From Polyangiaceae bacterium (lineage in GTDB: Bacteria; Myxococcota_A; Polyangia; Polyangiales; Polyangiaceae): a stretch of DNA of 64,000 nucleotides. Both the position numbers and the translations under genes were made by a program. The notes under the pieces are model-generated. The model was not told the origin of the DNA and searched no databases. It saw nothing but the letters and a program-made list of their open reading frames with translations. The stretch lies in NCBI GenBank assembly GCA_965222375.1, contig CBDCTZ010000008.1:128001-192000 (forward strand). Reading direction: 5' to 3'. Shown here piece after piece: positions 55,918 to 64,000 of the stretch. Each line of letters begins with the position of its first letter. Position 1 is the stretch's first letter.

Positions 55918-56589
55918 ATGCGCGTCGCGCTCCTTCTAACACTTACGATCCTCGCTGGCTGCGCGAACACGGTCAGTCGCCTCCCCGGGCCCGTCGAAAC
56001 TCCTGGCGGCGCGGCAAGCGGCGAGTGCGAGTCCGCCCAGTTTCTGACCCTGGGCAAAACCCGCTACCAAACGCCCATGTCTTCCGAGGGCCGCAGCCTG
56101 GCCCGAAAAGACGACGGGACGGGTGTGTACGGCGTGGGTGAGACCCAACCCAAGAGCGTTTCCGAACTGGAAGAGCAGGTCGGCTCTTCACCCATGTTCG
56201 ATCGCCATCGCGAGGGCTACCGAACCCACGACCGCGACCGCTGGATTGCAGCCGGACTTGGCGTGGGCGCAGCGGCAGCCCTGACCGTCGGCACCATCCT
56301 CTTGGTCGGTGCCTTCGGTACCGAAACAAAGACCAACCCGAACGGTAGTCGAGAAGAGGAGCAGGTCGTATCCGGCGGACAGTTGGCCGCCGGAGGCATC
56401 GTGCTCGGCGCGGGCTTCGGTCTCGGCATCGGTGGCGTAGCCGTCGCGCCGAGCGCGGCCGAGCGTGCCAACGCTGACGCGGCTCGCTACGTCTATCGCG
56501 CTCCGCAGGATGACCTCGGCGAACTTCGAAGCCGGGTGGGCAGGAACAACGACAAGGCCCGAGAGCGTTGCGCCGCTCCCAAGCGCTGA
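55918..56589 (+). CDS. Hypothetical lipoprotein with two Gly-rich hydrophobic helices
   Basis: LAGC lipobox; hydrophobic segments WIAAGLGVG... and LAAGGIVLG... Confidence 0.65.
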   Translation: MRVALLLTLTILAGCANTVSRLPGPVETPGGAASGECESAQFLTLGKTRYQTPMSSEGRSLARKDDGTGVYGVGETQPKSVSELEEQVGSSPMFDRHREGYRTHDRDRWIAAGLGVGAAAALTVGTILLVGAFGTETKTNPNGSREEEQVVSGGQLAAGGIVLGAGFGLGIGGVAVAPSAAERANADAARYVYRAPQDDLGELRSRVGRNNDKARERCAAPKR

Positions 56590-56592
56590 GCC

Positions 56593-57597
56593 TCAGACGG
56601 CCACGGCGAGATCGGCATCCGCAGACGATGGCGCGCTGACGGCCTCGACCTGCGTCGTGGCATTGGGTCGGGCAACGTGAAGCCGCGCTGACGCCAGGAT
56701 AGCTTCGCAAAGATCTTGAAATCCGTAGCCCGCCGCCTCGGCGATCTTCGGCAGCAAGCTCGTGGGCGTCATACCCGGCAGAGTGTTGACCTCCAACACG
56801 TATTCGTTCTGACCTTCAGTCACGAGCAGGTCCACACGTACGGCGCCGGTCGCGTCCACGGCGCGAGCTGCCTGCTCGGCGAGGTTGAGCACGCCGCGGT
56901 AGCGCACCGGAGCCAGTCGCGCTGGCAGGTGATACTCCGTCATGCCGGGGGTGTACTTCGCCTCGAAATCGTAGATGTCCTTCTTGGGGGCGATCTCGAC
57001 CGCGCCCAGCACCCGGCCATCGAGAATCCCGACGGCAATCTCCTTGCCATTGATGAAGCGCTCCACCAGAACGGATTCGTCGTGGGCAAGGGCCAGTTGC
57101 ACGCCCCGGGCAAGGTCCATCAGGCAGTCTGCCCGGGTCACGCCCACGCTGGATCCCTCTCGGCGCGGCTTTGCGATCGCCGGAAACCCAAAGCTGCCGT
57201 GGGTTTCCTCCACGTCCAGGTGGCCATCTTCGCCCCGGATTTCGTAGTACGGAGGCGTGGGCACGTTGTGCAGGCGGAATAGCTCCTTGCTCTTGAGCTT
57301 GTCCATGGACAGCGCGCTCGAAAGAACGCTCGAGCCGGTGTAGGGGATCTGCAGTAATTCCAGTAGGCCTTGCACGCACCCGTCTTCACCGAGTCGTCCG
57401 TGCAGGGCCAGAAACGCCACATCCAACTCGGCATCCAGTATCAGCTTGGTCACGTCGACTCCGGGCGCCAGATCCAGGCTGATGACCTCGCGACCATCAC
57501 AGACCAGAGCGTCGGCGACAGCCGCTCCAGTGCCGAGGGATACCTCCCGTTCGGCGCTAGTTCCGCCCATCAACACTCCCACGCGCGCGTATGTCAT
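56593..57597 (-). CDS. ddl: D-alanine--D-alanine ligase
   Basis: GG.SAEREVSL, LHG..GEDG..QG, PYTGS, MDK, KP..EGSSVG, YDFEAKY, RVD, LEVNTLPGMT..SL.P. Confidence 0.95.
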   Translation of the reverse strand: MTYARVGVLMGGTSAEREVSLGTGAAVADALVCDGREVISLDLAPGVDVTKLILDAELDVAFLALHGRLGEDGCVQGLLELLQIPYTGSSVLSSALSMDKLKSKELFRLHNVPTPPYYEIRGEDGHLDVEETHGSFGFPAIAKPRREGSSVGVTRADCLMDLARGVQLALAHDESVLVERFINGKEIAVGILDGRVLGAVEIAPKKDIYDFEAKYTPGMTEYHLPARLAPVRYRGVLNLAEQAARAVDATGAVRVDLLVTEGQNEYVLEVNTLPGMTPTSLLPKIAEAAGYGFQDLCEAILASARLHVARPNATTQVEAVSAPSSADADLAVAV

Positions 57598-57662
57598 CTG
57601 CTGCTCCTAGCTTGCCTAGAGCAGCTATCCGAAGTTGGCGCTGTCGGCCAAATAACTAGCTG

Positions 57663-58436
57663 TCAGCAGACTTCGACCAAGATGGCGGTGATGTTGTCGC
57701 GTCCACCACGGCTATTGGCAAGATCGATGAACCGCTGCACTCCAGCATTGCCACCCTCGGCCGCTACGTGGGGGATCTCCTCGACCTTCACGTAGCCGTG
57801 AAGCCCATCGCTGCAAAGCAAGAACACATCACCCACTTGGAGCTCCACAACCAGCGTGTCGACCTGCACGTAGTCCCGATTGCCGACTGCACGGGTGATG
57901 ACGTTCTTATGCTTGGCATGCCGGGCTTCTTCGGCGGTCAAAAGGCCCTGTTTAATCTGCCATGCGATCAGCGTGTGATCCTCGGTCAGTTGTTCGACTT
58001 CACCGCCACGCACGCGGTAGATCCTGCTGTCTCCAACCTGCGCTAGCGCAACGTGGTTCGAGAAATGCATCATGGCGCTGATGGTCGTGCCCATCCCAGC
58101 CTTGTTGGAATCCAATTCCGCAATCGCAAAGACCATGTACGTGGCCGCCTGGACCGCGCCCTCGAGCAGCCGGCAGGCTGCCCGCGCTTTGTCCTCTTGG
58201 AACGCCCCGTCCAGCTCCAGGCTCCGACGACCCCGCTTGACCATGCCATAGATGGTGTCGATGGCCTCTTGGCTGGCGACCTCGCCCGCAGCATGCCCGC
58301 CCATGCCATCCGCGACGACCCACAGACCGAGTTCGTCGTCGGTCATGAAGGCGTCCTCGTTCACCTTGCGGCGCCGACCGAGATCCGTGCCGCCATAGGA
58401 GCGCACCTGGAGTTGGCCGGTTACCGTGCTGGTCAT
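57663..58436 (-). CDS. PP2C/Stp1-family Ser/Thr protein phosphatase
   Basis: TD.G..R..NED, VADGMGGH..GEVAS, MGTT, VGDSR.Y, T.DH, LLCSDGL, GGRDNIT. Confidence 0.95.
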   Translation of the reverse strand: MTSTVTGQLQVRSYGGTDLGRRRKVNEDAFMTDDELGLWVVADGMGGHAAGEVASQEAIDTIYGMVKRGRRSLELDGAFQEDKARAACRLLEGAVQAATYMVFAIAELDSNKAGMGTTISAMMHFSNHVALAQVGDSRIYRVRGGEVEQLTEDHTLIAWQIKQGLLTAEEARHAKHKNVITRAVGNRDYVQVDTLVVELQVGDVFLLCSDGLHGYVKVEEIPHVAAEGGNAGVQRFIDLANSRGGRDNITAILVEVC

Positions 58437-58539
58437 GTGGGAGCTAGTAGCATCGCCGAAATAGCACGTACTTTGCACGCCAAATCGCCGCCGTCGCTGC
58501 CGCTTGCGAGTCCGGGCCAGAAAAAATATCTTCGCTGTC

Positions 58540-59667
58540 ATGGCGGCGTCAGCCCATTCCTTCCTCGTGTCCGGAAACGCCCGGGCGCGGCTTGTCCGCG
58601 AGCTGGCCAATGTGGTGCGCGGCATCAGCGATCCCGGCGGCGCGGTCGTGTTCTTGAGCGGCGACTTCGCTGACCAGCTCGAAAGCCTTGCCGAAGAGAT
58701 CGCCCCTAGCGTCGATGGCACTCCCACGCTACTTGCAACCGCCGCCGGCGTGCTCAGTGAGGCTGGTCAGCTGGAGGCGCAGACCGGAGCCAGCGGCGTG
58801 GTCTGGCGCGGTAAGACGTGCCGGGTCTTCTGCGCAGGCCAGGACGATCCCGAGGCCTGCCTCTCCGCCGTGACGGGTCAGCTCTACGACCACGCCTCTC
58901 GCCAAGATCTTTCGAGCTTGGTCTTCGTCGACCCGACGCTTTCAGACGCGATTCCAAACCTGCGCCGAGATGGCCGCGGGCGACGTATCTTCGGTGCCGG
59001 CGTACCCAATGCCGAAGGGGTGGCAACCATCGACACCGAAGGCCGGGTCGTGGTCGGCTCCGCAGCCGCAATGGTCCTGAGCGGCGCCTACCCACCCAAA
59101 GTTCGGGCGGCCCCGGCGTGCCGCTTGCTGGACAAGCCCGAGGCCGTCACGCTGGCCCGGGGCCCCCTCATACTGGAATTGGGCGGACAGCCAGCGCTGG
59201 ACTACCTCGGCCGCGTCGCCGAGAGCATCGAAGACTCCTCCCTGGTACTCGCCGCCGTGTTCGAGTCTGAGCACGCAGAAGCTGACGAGTTCAGCGTCCA
59301 ACCCATTCGCGGGGTCGATCCGTCCCGGGGGGCAGTGGTGCTACCGGAGGCACTTCCGGAGGGCGCCGCCCTTTCGTTCGCCGTCCGGGATGCGGTGACC
59401 GCACGAGAGGAGCTGACCCGCAGCGCCTATACCGTCAAACGCGAACTTGCAGGCGCCCTTCCTCGATTCGGGCTGCTGCTCAGTTGCGCGGGTCGCGGCG
59501 CCGGGCTGTACGGGACCGACGACGCAGAGATCGCCATTTTGCGGCGAGCCTTCCCCCAACTACCCATCGCCGGAATGATGTCGGCGTTTGAGCTTTCCCC
59601 CGGCCCGGAGGGGCCTACACTGGCGCTCTACACGGCCGTGATGGCGCTATTCGCCACCCCCAGCTGA
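58540..59667 (+). CDS. FIST domain signal protein
   Basis: 'I.ELGG.PAL', 'F.VRD...A...L', 'SCAGRG..L', 'G.....E', 'YTA' FIST_C motifs. Confidence 0.82.
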   Translation: MAASAHSFLVSGNARARLVRELANVVRGISDPGGAVVFLSGDFADQLESLAEEIAPSVDGTPTLLATAAGVLSEAGQLEAQTGASGVVWRGKTCRVFCAGQDDPEACLSAVTGQLYDHASRQDLSSLVFVDPTLSDAIPNLRRDGRGRRIFGAGVPNAEGVATIDTEGRVVVGSAAAMVLSGAYPPKVRAAPACRLLDKPEAVTLARGPLILELGGQPALDYLGRVAESIEDSSLVLAAVFESEHAEADEFSVQPIRGVDPSRGAVVLPEALPEGAALSFAVRDAVTAREELTRSAYTVKRELAGALPRFGLLLSCAGRGAGLYGTDDAEIAILRRAFPQLPIAGMMSAFELSPGPEGPTLALYTAVMALFATPS

Positions 59668-59689
59668 CCGCGCTCCCGCCTGCCCCGAA

Positions 59690-61657
59690 ATGCCTGCACC
59701 CTCTGCTCTGACCTTGGGCCGACGCAAGAAGCGCGTCGGCACCGCGGACGCCGCCCTGGCAGGGCTCGTCATCGCTGTCGTTGGCTTGATGATCGTGCCG
59801 CTGCCCACTTGGCTGCTCGATCTGCTGATCGCGTCCAACCTCGCGGTTTCGGTCACGGTGCTTCTGGTCACCCTCTACGTCAGCGATGCGCTACGCATCG
59901 CCGCGTTCCCCACACTGCTACTGCTCACGACCCTGGTGCGGCTTGCCCTCAACGTGTCCAGCACGCGCCTGATCTTGCTCCAGGCCGACGCCGGGGAAGT
60001 GATCAAGGCCTTCGGGCAGTTCGTAGTGCGGGGCAACTACGTCGTTGGCGGCGTCATCTTCCTGATCTTGACGATCATTCAATTCGTTGTGATCGCCAAA
60101 GGCAGTGAAAGGGTCGCGGAAGTGGGTGCGCGCTTCACCTTGGACGCCATGCCGGGCAAACAGATGGCCATCGACGCGGAGCTGCGCAGCGGCAGCATCG
60201 ACGGCGCCGAGGCGAAGCGCCGCCGCCGAGCACTCTCGCGGGAGAGTCAGTTCTACGGGGCGATGGATGGCGCCATGAAATTCGTGAAGGGTGACGTGAT
60301 CGCGTCGTTCCTGATCACGTTGATCAACATCGTCGGCGGCCTCGCCATCGGCATGGGGCAAAAGGACATGGAGCTGGTTGCGGCCCTGAAGCGCTACGGA
60401 CTGCTGACCATCGGTGACGGGCTAGTGAGCCAAATCCCCGCCCTAGTCGTCGCCACGGCCGCAGGCGTCCTGGTCACCCGGGTCGCGAGCGAAGAGCCTG
60501 ATACACCTCTGGGCCAAGAGCTTTCGGCCCAGATCTTTGGCGCGCCCCGTGCGCTCCGAGTAGCTAGCCTATTCGTAGTCATCCTCGCGCTGGTCCCGGG
60601 GCTGCCCGCCATGCCTTTCCTGGTGATCGGCGCTCTGCTCTTCATCGCTTCCCGCGCCCCGGCTCGGCCAATGCCCACTCGCCGGCCGGCGACGGGCCCC
60701 GAGCCGGTCCAATCTGGCGACGACGAGTCTGCGGAGGCTCGCTTCGTCCCGGTGGTCACCCCCTGGGATCTGTCGGTTAGCGAAGACCTGGCCCGCCTGA
60801 TTGACGACGACGTGCGCGGAGGAGATCTGCGCCGGGCCGGGATCCGCGCAGCCGGCGCGGCGATCCAAGAGCTGCTGTTTCGCGAACTCGGCGTGCCTTT
60901 GCCCGCCTGCAAAGTTCGCGTGGACCCGGAGCTGCCCGAGCGCTCGGTCGTGCTCTCGGTGCATGAGGTTCCAGCTCGGGTCATCGAGGTGCCCGCAGAC
61001 GTGGCGGACGGCGATATCCCAAGTGTGATTGTCGAGGGCGCATTGGCGGTGTTGCGGCCACGTGCCAGCGATTTCATCGGCATCGCTGAAACCCAGAACC
61101 TCCTAGATCAATTGGAGCTGGTCGCACCCGCCACCGTGCGGCAAGTCGTACCAAAACCCGTGGGCGTGCCCTTGCTCTCGGATGTACTGCGCCGCTTGGT
61201 TGAAGAACAAATCTGCGTGCGGGACATGAAAGGCATCTTGGAAGCACTGTCCCAAGTTGCCCAAGCCGACAAGGATCCCCTCAACTTGGCGGAGTTCGTG
61301 CGCTCCCAGATGCGCCGCACCCTCACCCACAACCTGACCTACGGCGAGGCCGAGCTCGACGTCGTCTTGCTGGAACCCGCGATCGAGGACGCCGTACGTG
61401 GATCCATCTCCCGCACCGCAGCGGGCAGCTTCTTGACGCTGGCCCCCGCGGCGGGCCGAGACATCGTGCGCTCGGTCCAACGCGCCTTGGCCGAGTCCGG
61501 CGCCCAGCCCATCATCTTGACCCAACCCGACGTCCGCCGCTTCATCCGCAAGCTGGTCGAGCTGGACCTGCCCGACGCCAAGGTCATCTCCTACGCAGAG
61601 CTACTGCCTGAGGTCCGAATCCAACCCGTCGCCAAGGCCACTCTCCGAGATCTCTAG
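59690..61657 (+). CDS. sctV: FHIPEP-family type III export apparatus protein (SctV/FlhA)
   Basis: FPT.LL.TTL.RLALNV.STRLIL, IAKGSERVAEVGARFTLDAMPGKQMAIDAEL, FYGAMDGAMKFVKGD, LTIGDGLVSQIP, RL..E.I..RD...ILE, V.SY.EL. Confidence 0.93.
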   Translation: MPAPSALTLGRRKKRVGTADAALAGLVIAVVGLMIVPLPTWLLDLLIASNLAVSVTVLLVTLYVSDALRIAAFPTLLLLTTLVRLALNVSSTRLILLQADAGEVIKAFGQFVVRGNYVVGGVIFLILTIIQFVVIAKGSERVAEVGARFTLDAMPGKQMAIDAELRSGSIDGAEAKRRRRALSRESQFYGAMDGAMKFVKGDVIASFLITLINIVGGLAIGMGQKDMELVAALKRYGLLTIGDGLVSQIPALVVATAAGVLVTRVASEEPDTPLGQELSAQIFGAPRALRVASLFVVILALVPGLPAMPFLVIGALLFIASRAPARPMPTRRPATGPEPVQSGDDESAEARFVPVVTPWDLSVSEDLARLIDDDVRGGDLRRAGIRAAGAAIQELLFRELGVPLPACKVRVDPELPERSVVLSVHEVPARVIEVPADVADGDIPSVIVEGALAVLRPRASDFIGIAETQNLLDQLELVAPATVRQVVPKPVGVPLLSDVLRRLVEEQICVRDMKGILEALSQVAQADKDPLNLAEFVRSQMRRTLTHNLTYGEAELDVVLLEPAIEDAVRGSISRTAAGSFLTLAPAAGRDIVRSVQRALAESGAQPIILTQPDVRRFIRKLVELDLPDAKVISYAELLPEVRIQPVAKATLRDL

Positions 61658-62048
61658 GCCGGTCTTGGCTTGATTTGTTTGGGGTCGACCGATTCCTCCG
61701 CAACGACGACTTTCAACCGGAGGCATCTCCGCCGGGACGCCGGCGCCGCACTCATCAGTCGTGGAGTGAATGATGGTCCTGGTGGTGCCGCGTTCCGGGA
61801 GCGGCAGGCTGCCGCGACAGACGCGAACACGCGCACGCAAACTTTCTGCTCATGCTTGCGCTTTGTGCTTGACGGATTTCGGGACGTGCTGGTTGGTTTG
61901 CGACAACACGCCGTTCGAGTGCTTGCTGTGGCTGCCACGGCGGCACCTGATGTTGCTTTGGTTTCGGAACGACTTCGCTGCTGAACGCCTTGCCGAAACG
62001 ACCACGGCGTGCCGCCGGTGAGGCCAATATCCGTTTTACCAAAGAAAC

Positions 62049-62955
62049 ATGGATACTCTCGCTTTGCTCAGCAACCAACGACTCCTCGCGCAGCTGCCAG
62101 TGCTCTGCTCGAAAGAACGACGGGCGACGGCCGAAGCCATCGTCTACTTGGCGGAGGTCGAACGTAGAAAACTCTATCTGCGCGAGGCTTGCTCCTCGCT
62201 GTTTTCGTTCTGTGTCGAGCGGCTCGGCTACTCAGAGCAAGCTGCCCTGAAGCGCATGCGTGTGGCGCGCCTGTACTTGGCCCTGCCACAGGTCCTCGAA
62301 GAACTGAAGAGCGGGACCGTTCATTTAACCGGGCTCTTTCTGCTTTCGGGCTATCTGTCGGACGAAAACGTTGAGCCGCTATTCGTAGAGGCTCGCGGCA
62401 AGACCCGGCGCGAGCTCGAGCTGCTGATCGCGCGATGGTTTCCTAAAGCCGATGTCCTGCCGAGTGTCACCCCGCTCGGAGTGGACGCAACTCGTCCTGG
62501 GACTGAGGGATCCCCGCATTTCTATGCTGCCTCAGAGGCGCTGCGAATCGTTGCCTGGAGGTCTGCCACGCCGCTTCTGATCTGGTCCGGTTTCAACCAC
62601 GAGGCACGTCGGTCTCAGCCATGCGGTGGCGCCGGGGGATCTAGGAGAGCTATTCGAGCGCGCGTTGGACGAACTCATCGCTAGGGAAACCAAGCGACGC
62701 CAAGGCGTGGTGAGTGGCAAGCCTCGCAAGCGCCGCGCTCTCAATGAAGGATCTCGACACGTGCCGGTCGCGGTCGCTCGAGAGGTTTGGGATCGCGACG
62801 ACTACCAACGCACCTTCATTGACGCACACGGGCGGCGCTGCAGCGAAAAGCGCTATTCGACGCTGGAACATCGCGACCCCCATGCCCGCGGGGGTCCGCC
62901 CACGGGCGGGAACAACGTGTCGGGCGACCGAGGACGTGAGTTGCGCGTTCTTTGA
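62049..62955 (+). pseudogene. Frameshifted, truncated HNH endonuclease-type (myxobacterial repeat family) gene
   Basis: N-part 'LAEVERRKLYL..ACSSLF.FC..RLGYSE..A..R..VAR'; C-part in another frame 'LSHAV.PGDL..LFERALD...SRHVP..V.REVW.RD..Q.TF....GRRC.....EH..P.ARGG'; final HNH Cys/His-Asn missing. Confidence 0.78.
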
Positions 62956-63103
62956 CGGGTCGCCTACCCTCGGGCAGGACTAGCACGTCCGCTGCTATGT
63001 TTGGCACGTGTGGCCGTTCCAGTTCCCAGGGCCTTGGCGCGCGCTGACGCGCCTCAAGCGACACACGTGGGTCGCCCAGCGGTGGTGTTGTCACCCCGCC
63101 GCC

Positions 63104-63613
63104 ATGTTCGCGCTATCCATGGTGTTCGGCCTCGCGGCCTGCGGTCGCACCAAGCCCCATTCAGCAGCCTCGGCTGGGCTACCATTGACCACCCTCGAGC
63201 AATTGGATGCGACGCCTGAACGCTACACGGGGAAGAAAGTGCGGGTGCGCGGAAGAGCTTATGCCTCGATGCAGGAGTGCATCTTTTCGGGTACGGCGCG
63301 CTGCTGGCCACAGGCGGCAATGCTGGCATGGTTTCCAGATCCGAATTCGATGATGCCGGACGACACACTCGGCTACGTCGTTGAGCTCCGCGGCCGCGGC
63401 GACGAGCGCTTCGAGTGTTCCGGCAGCCGAAAGTGCAGTCCCCTGCAGTGGGACGGTTGCTACGAGGTCATCGGGCTCTTCAGGCAAACCAGTCGTCCAC
63501 GCATGGGCACCCGGCTGGAACTCGAAGTCGAATCCTACTCGGAGAGGCCCGATGGAACAGACGACTGCGGCTGGGACCACGCGACGTGGAACCCGCACCG
63601 TGCGTCGCGCTGA
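63104..63613 (+). CDS. Hypothetical lipoprotein (OB-fold-like, Cys-containing)
   Basis: LAAC lipobox, 'L..L...PERY.GK.VRVRG', several Cys; start could be 63008. Confidence 0.55.
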   Translation: MFALSMVFGLAACGRTKPHSAASAGLPLTTLEQLDATPERYTGKKVRVRGRAYASMQECIFSGTARCWPQAAMLAWFPDPNSMMPDDTLGYVVELRGRGDERFECSGSRKCSPLQWDGCYEVIGLFRQTSRPRMGTRLELEVESYSERPDGTDDCGWDHATWNPHRASR

Positions 63614-63770
63614 GTCACTGAGGGTCGAGCAAGTTGCTGCGCGACCGCCCGTTGCCGCGCGCCCCGTTGAACGCCCTGAGCAAGTTACGGCGCCGCCCCA
63701 CCGTGGCCACGCTTGAGAGTAGTGGCCCAACGCCGCCCCATCGCCGCAACCCCAATCCAAACCCAAGACC

Positions 63771-63998
63771 CTAGTGGCGCTGGACGACCATTTTGCGGGG
63801 CATCTGGCCGCTCTGCTCGAGTAGCTTCTTGGCTTCTTTCTTGAGCAGGGGGTGGCCGCGCTTGCCGAGGAAACCGCCGAGCAGACGCGCGTCCTGCTCC
63901 AGCAACTTGCGAAGGGCCCGACGCATGCCTTTCGTATTGCTGGCGTAGGCGTAGGCGAAGGCATAAGCGCGCCAGAGCTGAGGCTTGAGGGAGACGTA
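63771..63998 (-). CDS. Hypothetical helical protein, C-terminal fragment (5' end outside window)
   Basis: Open frame YVSLKPQLWRAYAFAYAY...HPLLKKEAKKLLEQSGQMPRKMVVQRH-TAG with high GC3; not in ORF track because it lacks a start. Confidence 0.65.
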   Translation of the reverse strand, partial: YVSLKPQLWRAYAFAYAYASNTKGMRRALRKLLEQDARLLGGFLGKRGHPLLKKEAKKLLEQSGQMPRKMVVQRH

Positions 63999-64000
63999 TT

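Noticed and set aside
61658..62048. Short ORFs between sctV and the HNH relic
   Set aside because: Overlapping ORFs on both strands without motifs or clear RBS; more likely non-coding flank of the HNH element
1..64000. CRISPR array, rRNA, prophage or intact transposase
   Set aside because: No regularly spaced repeats, rRNA-like sequence, phage structural genes or DDE transposase ORF recognised; repeats seen are coding low-complexity linkers

Overview
GC-rich bacterial chromosomal window, most consistent with a myxobacterium (Myxococcota, Polyangia-like). This is inferred from the three Hanks-type Ser/Thr kinases, the PEGA-like proteins, many Gly/Cys-rich lipoproteins, a myxobacterial-type metal uptake cluster and an HNH-repeat relic. 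It holds about 57 genes. These include a Gld-like ABC transporter cassette, queG, a secreted protease/lipoprotein cluster, a Zn-type uptake operon, modABC, two diguanylate cyclases, a queuosine-precursor transporter, tRNA-Glu(UUC), ddl, a PP2C phosphatase, a FIST protein and a stand-alone SctV/FlhA export-gate gene. The most notable signals are four. (1) Two ORFs at 49308-50087 (-) read as one lipoprotein interrupted by an in-frame UGA in a T-U-P-G-C redoxin motif, with a SECIS-like hairpin right after it; this is a probable unannotated selenoprotein. (2) Two separate kinase + PEGA-like protein modules share conserved C-terminal motifs on both partners, suggesting an undescribed trans-envelope signalling system. 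(3) A His/Cys-rich, polyproline-ending leader ORF with alternative hairpins precedes the Zn uptake operon and resembles metal-sensing ribosome-arrest leaders. (4) The SctV/FlhA gene has no T3SS or flagellar neighbours. Calls come from motif reading only; no database searches were run, and several start codons are my estimates.
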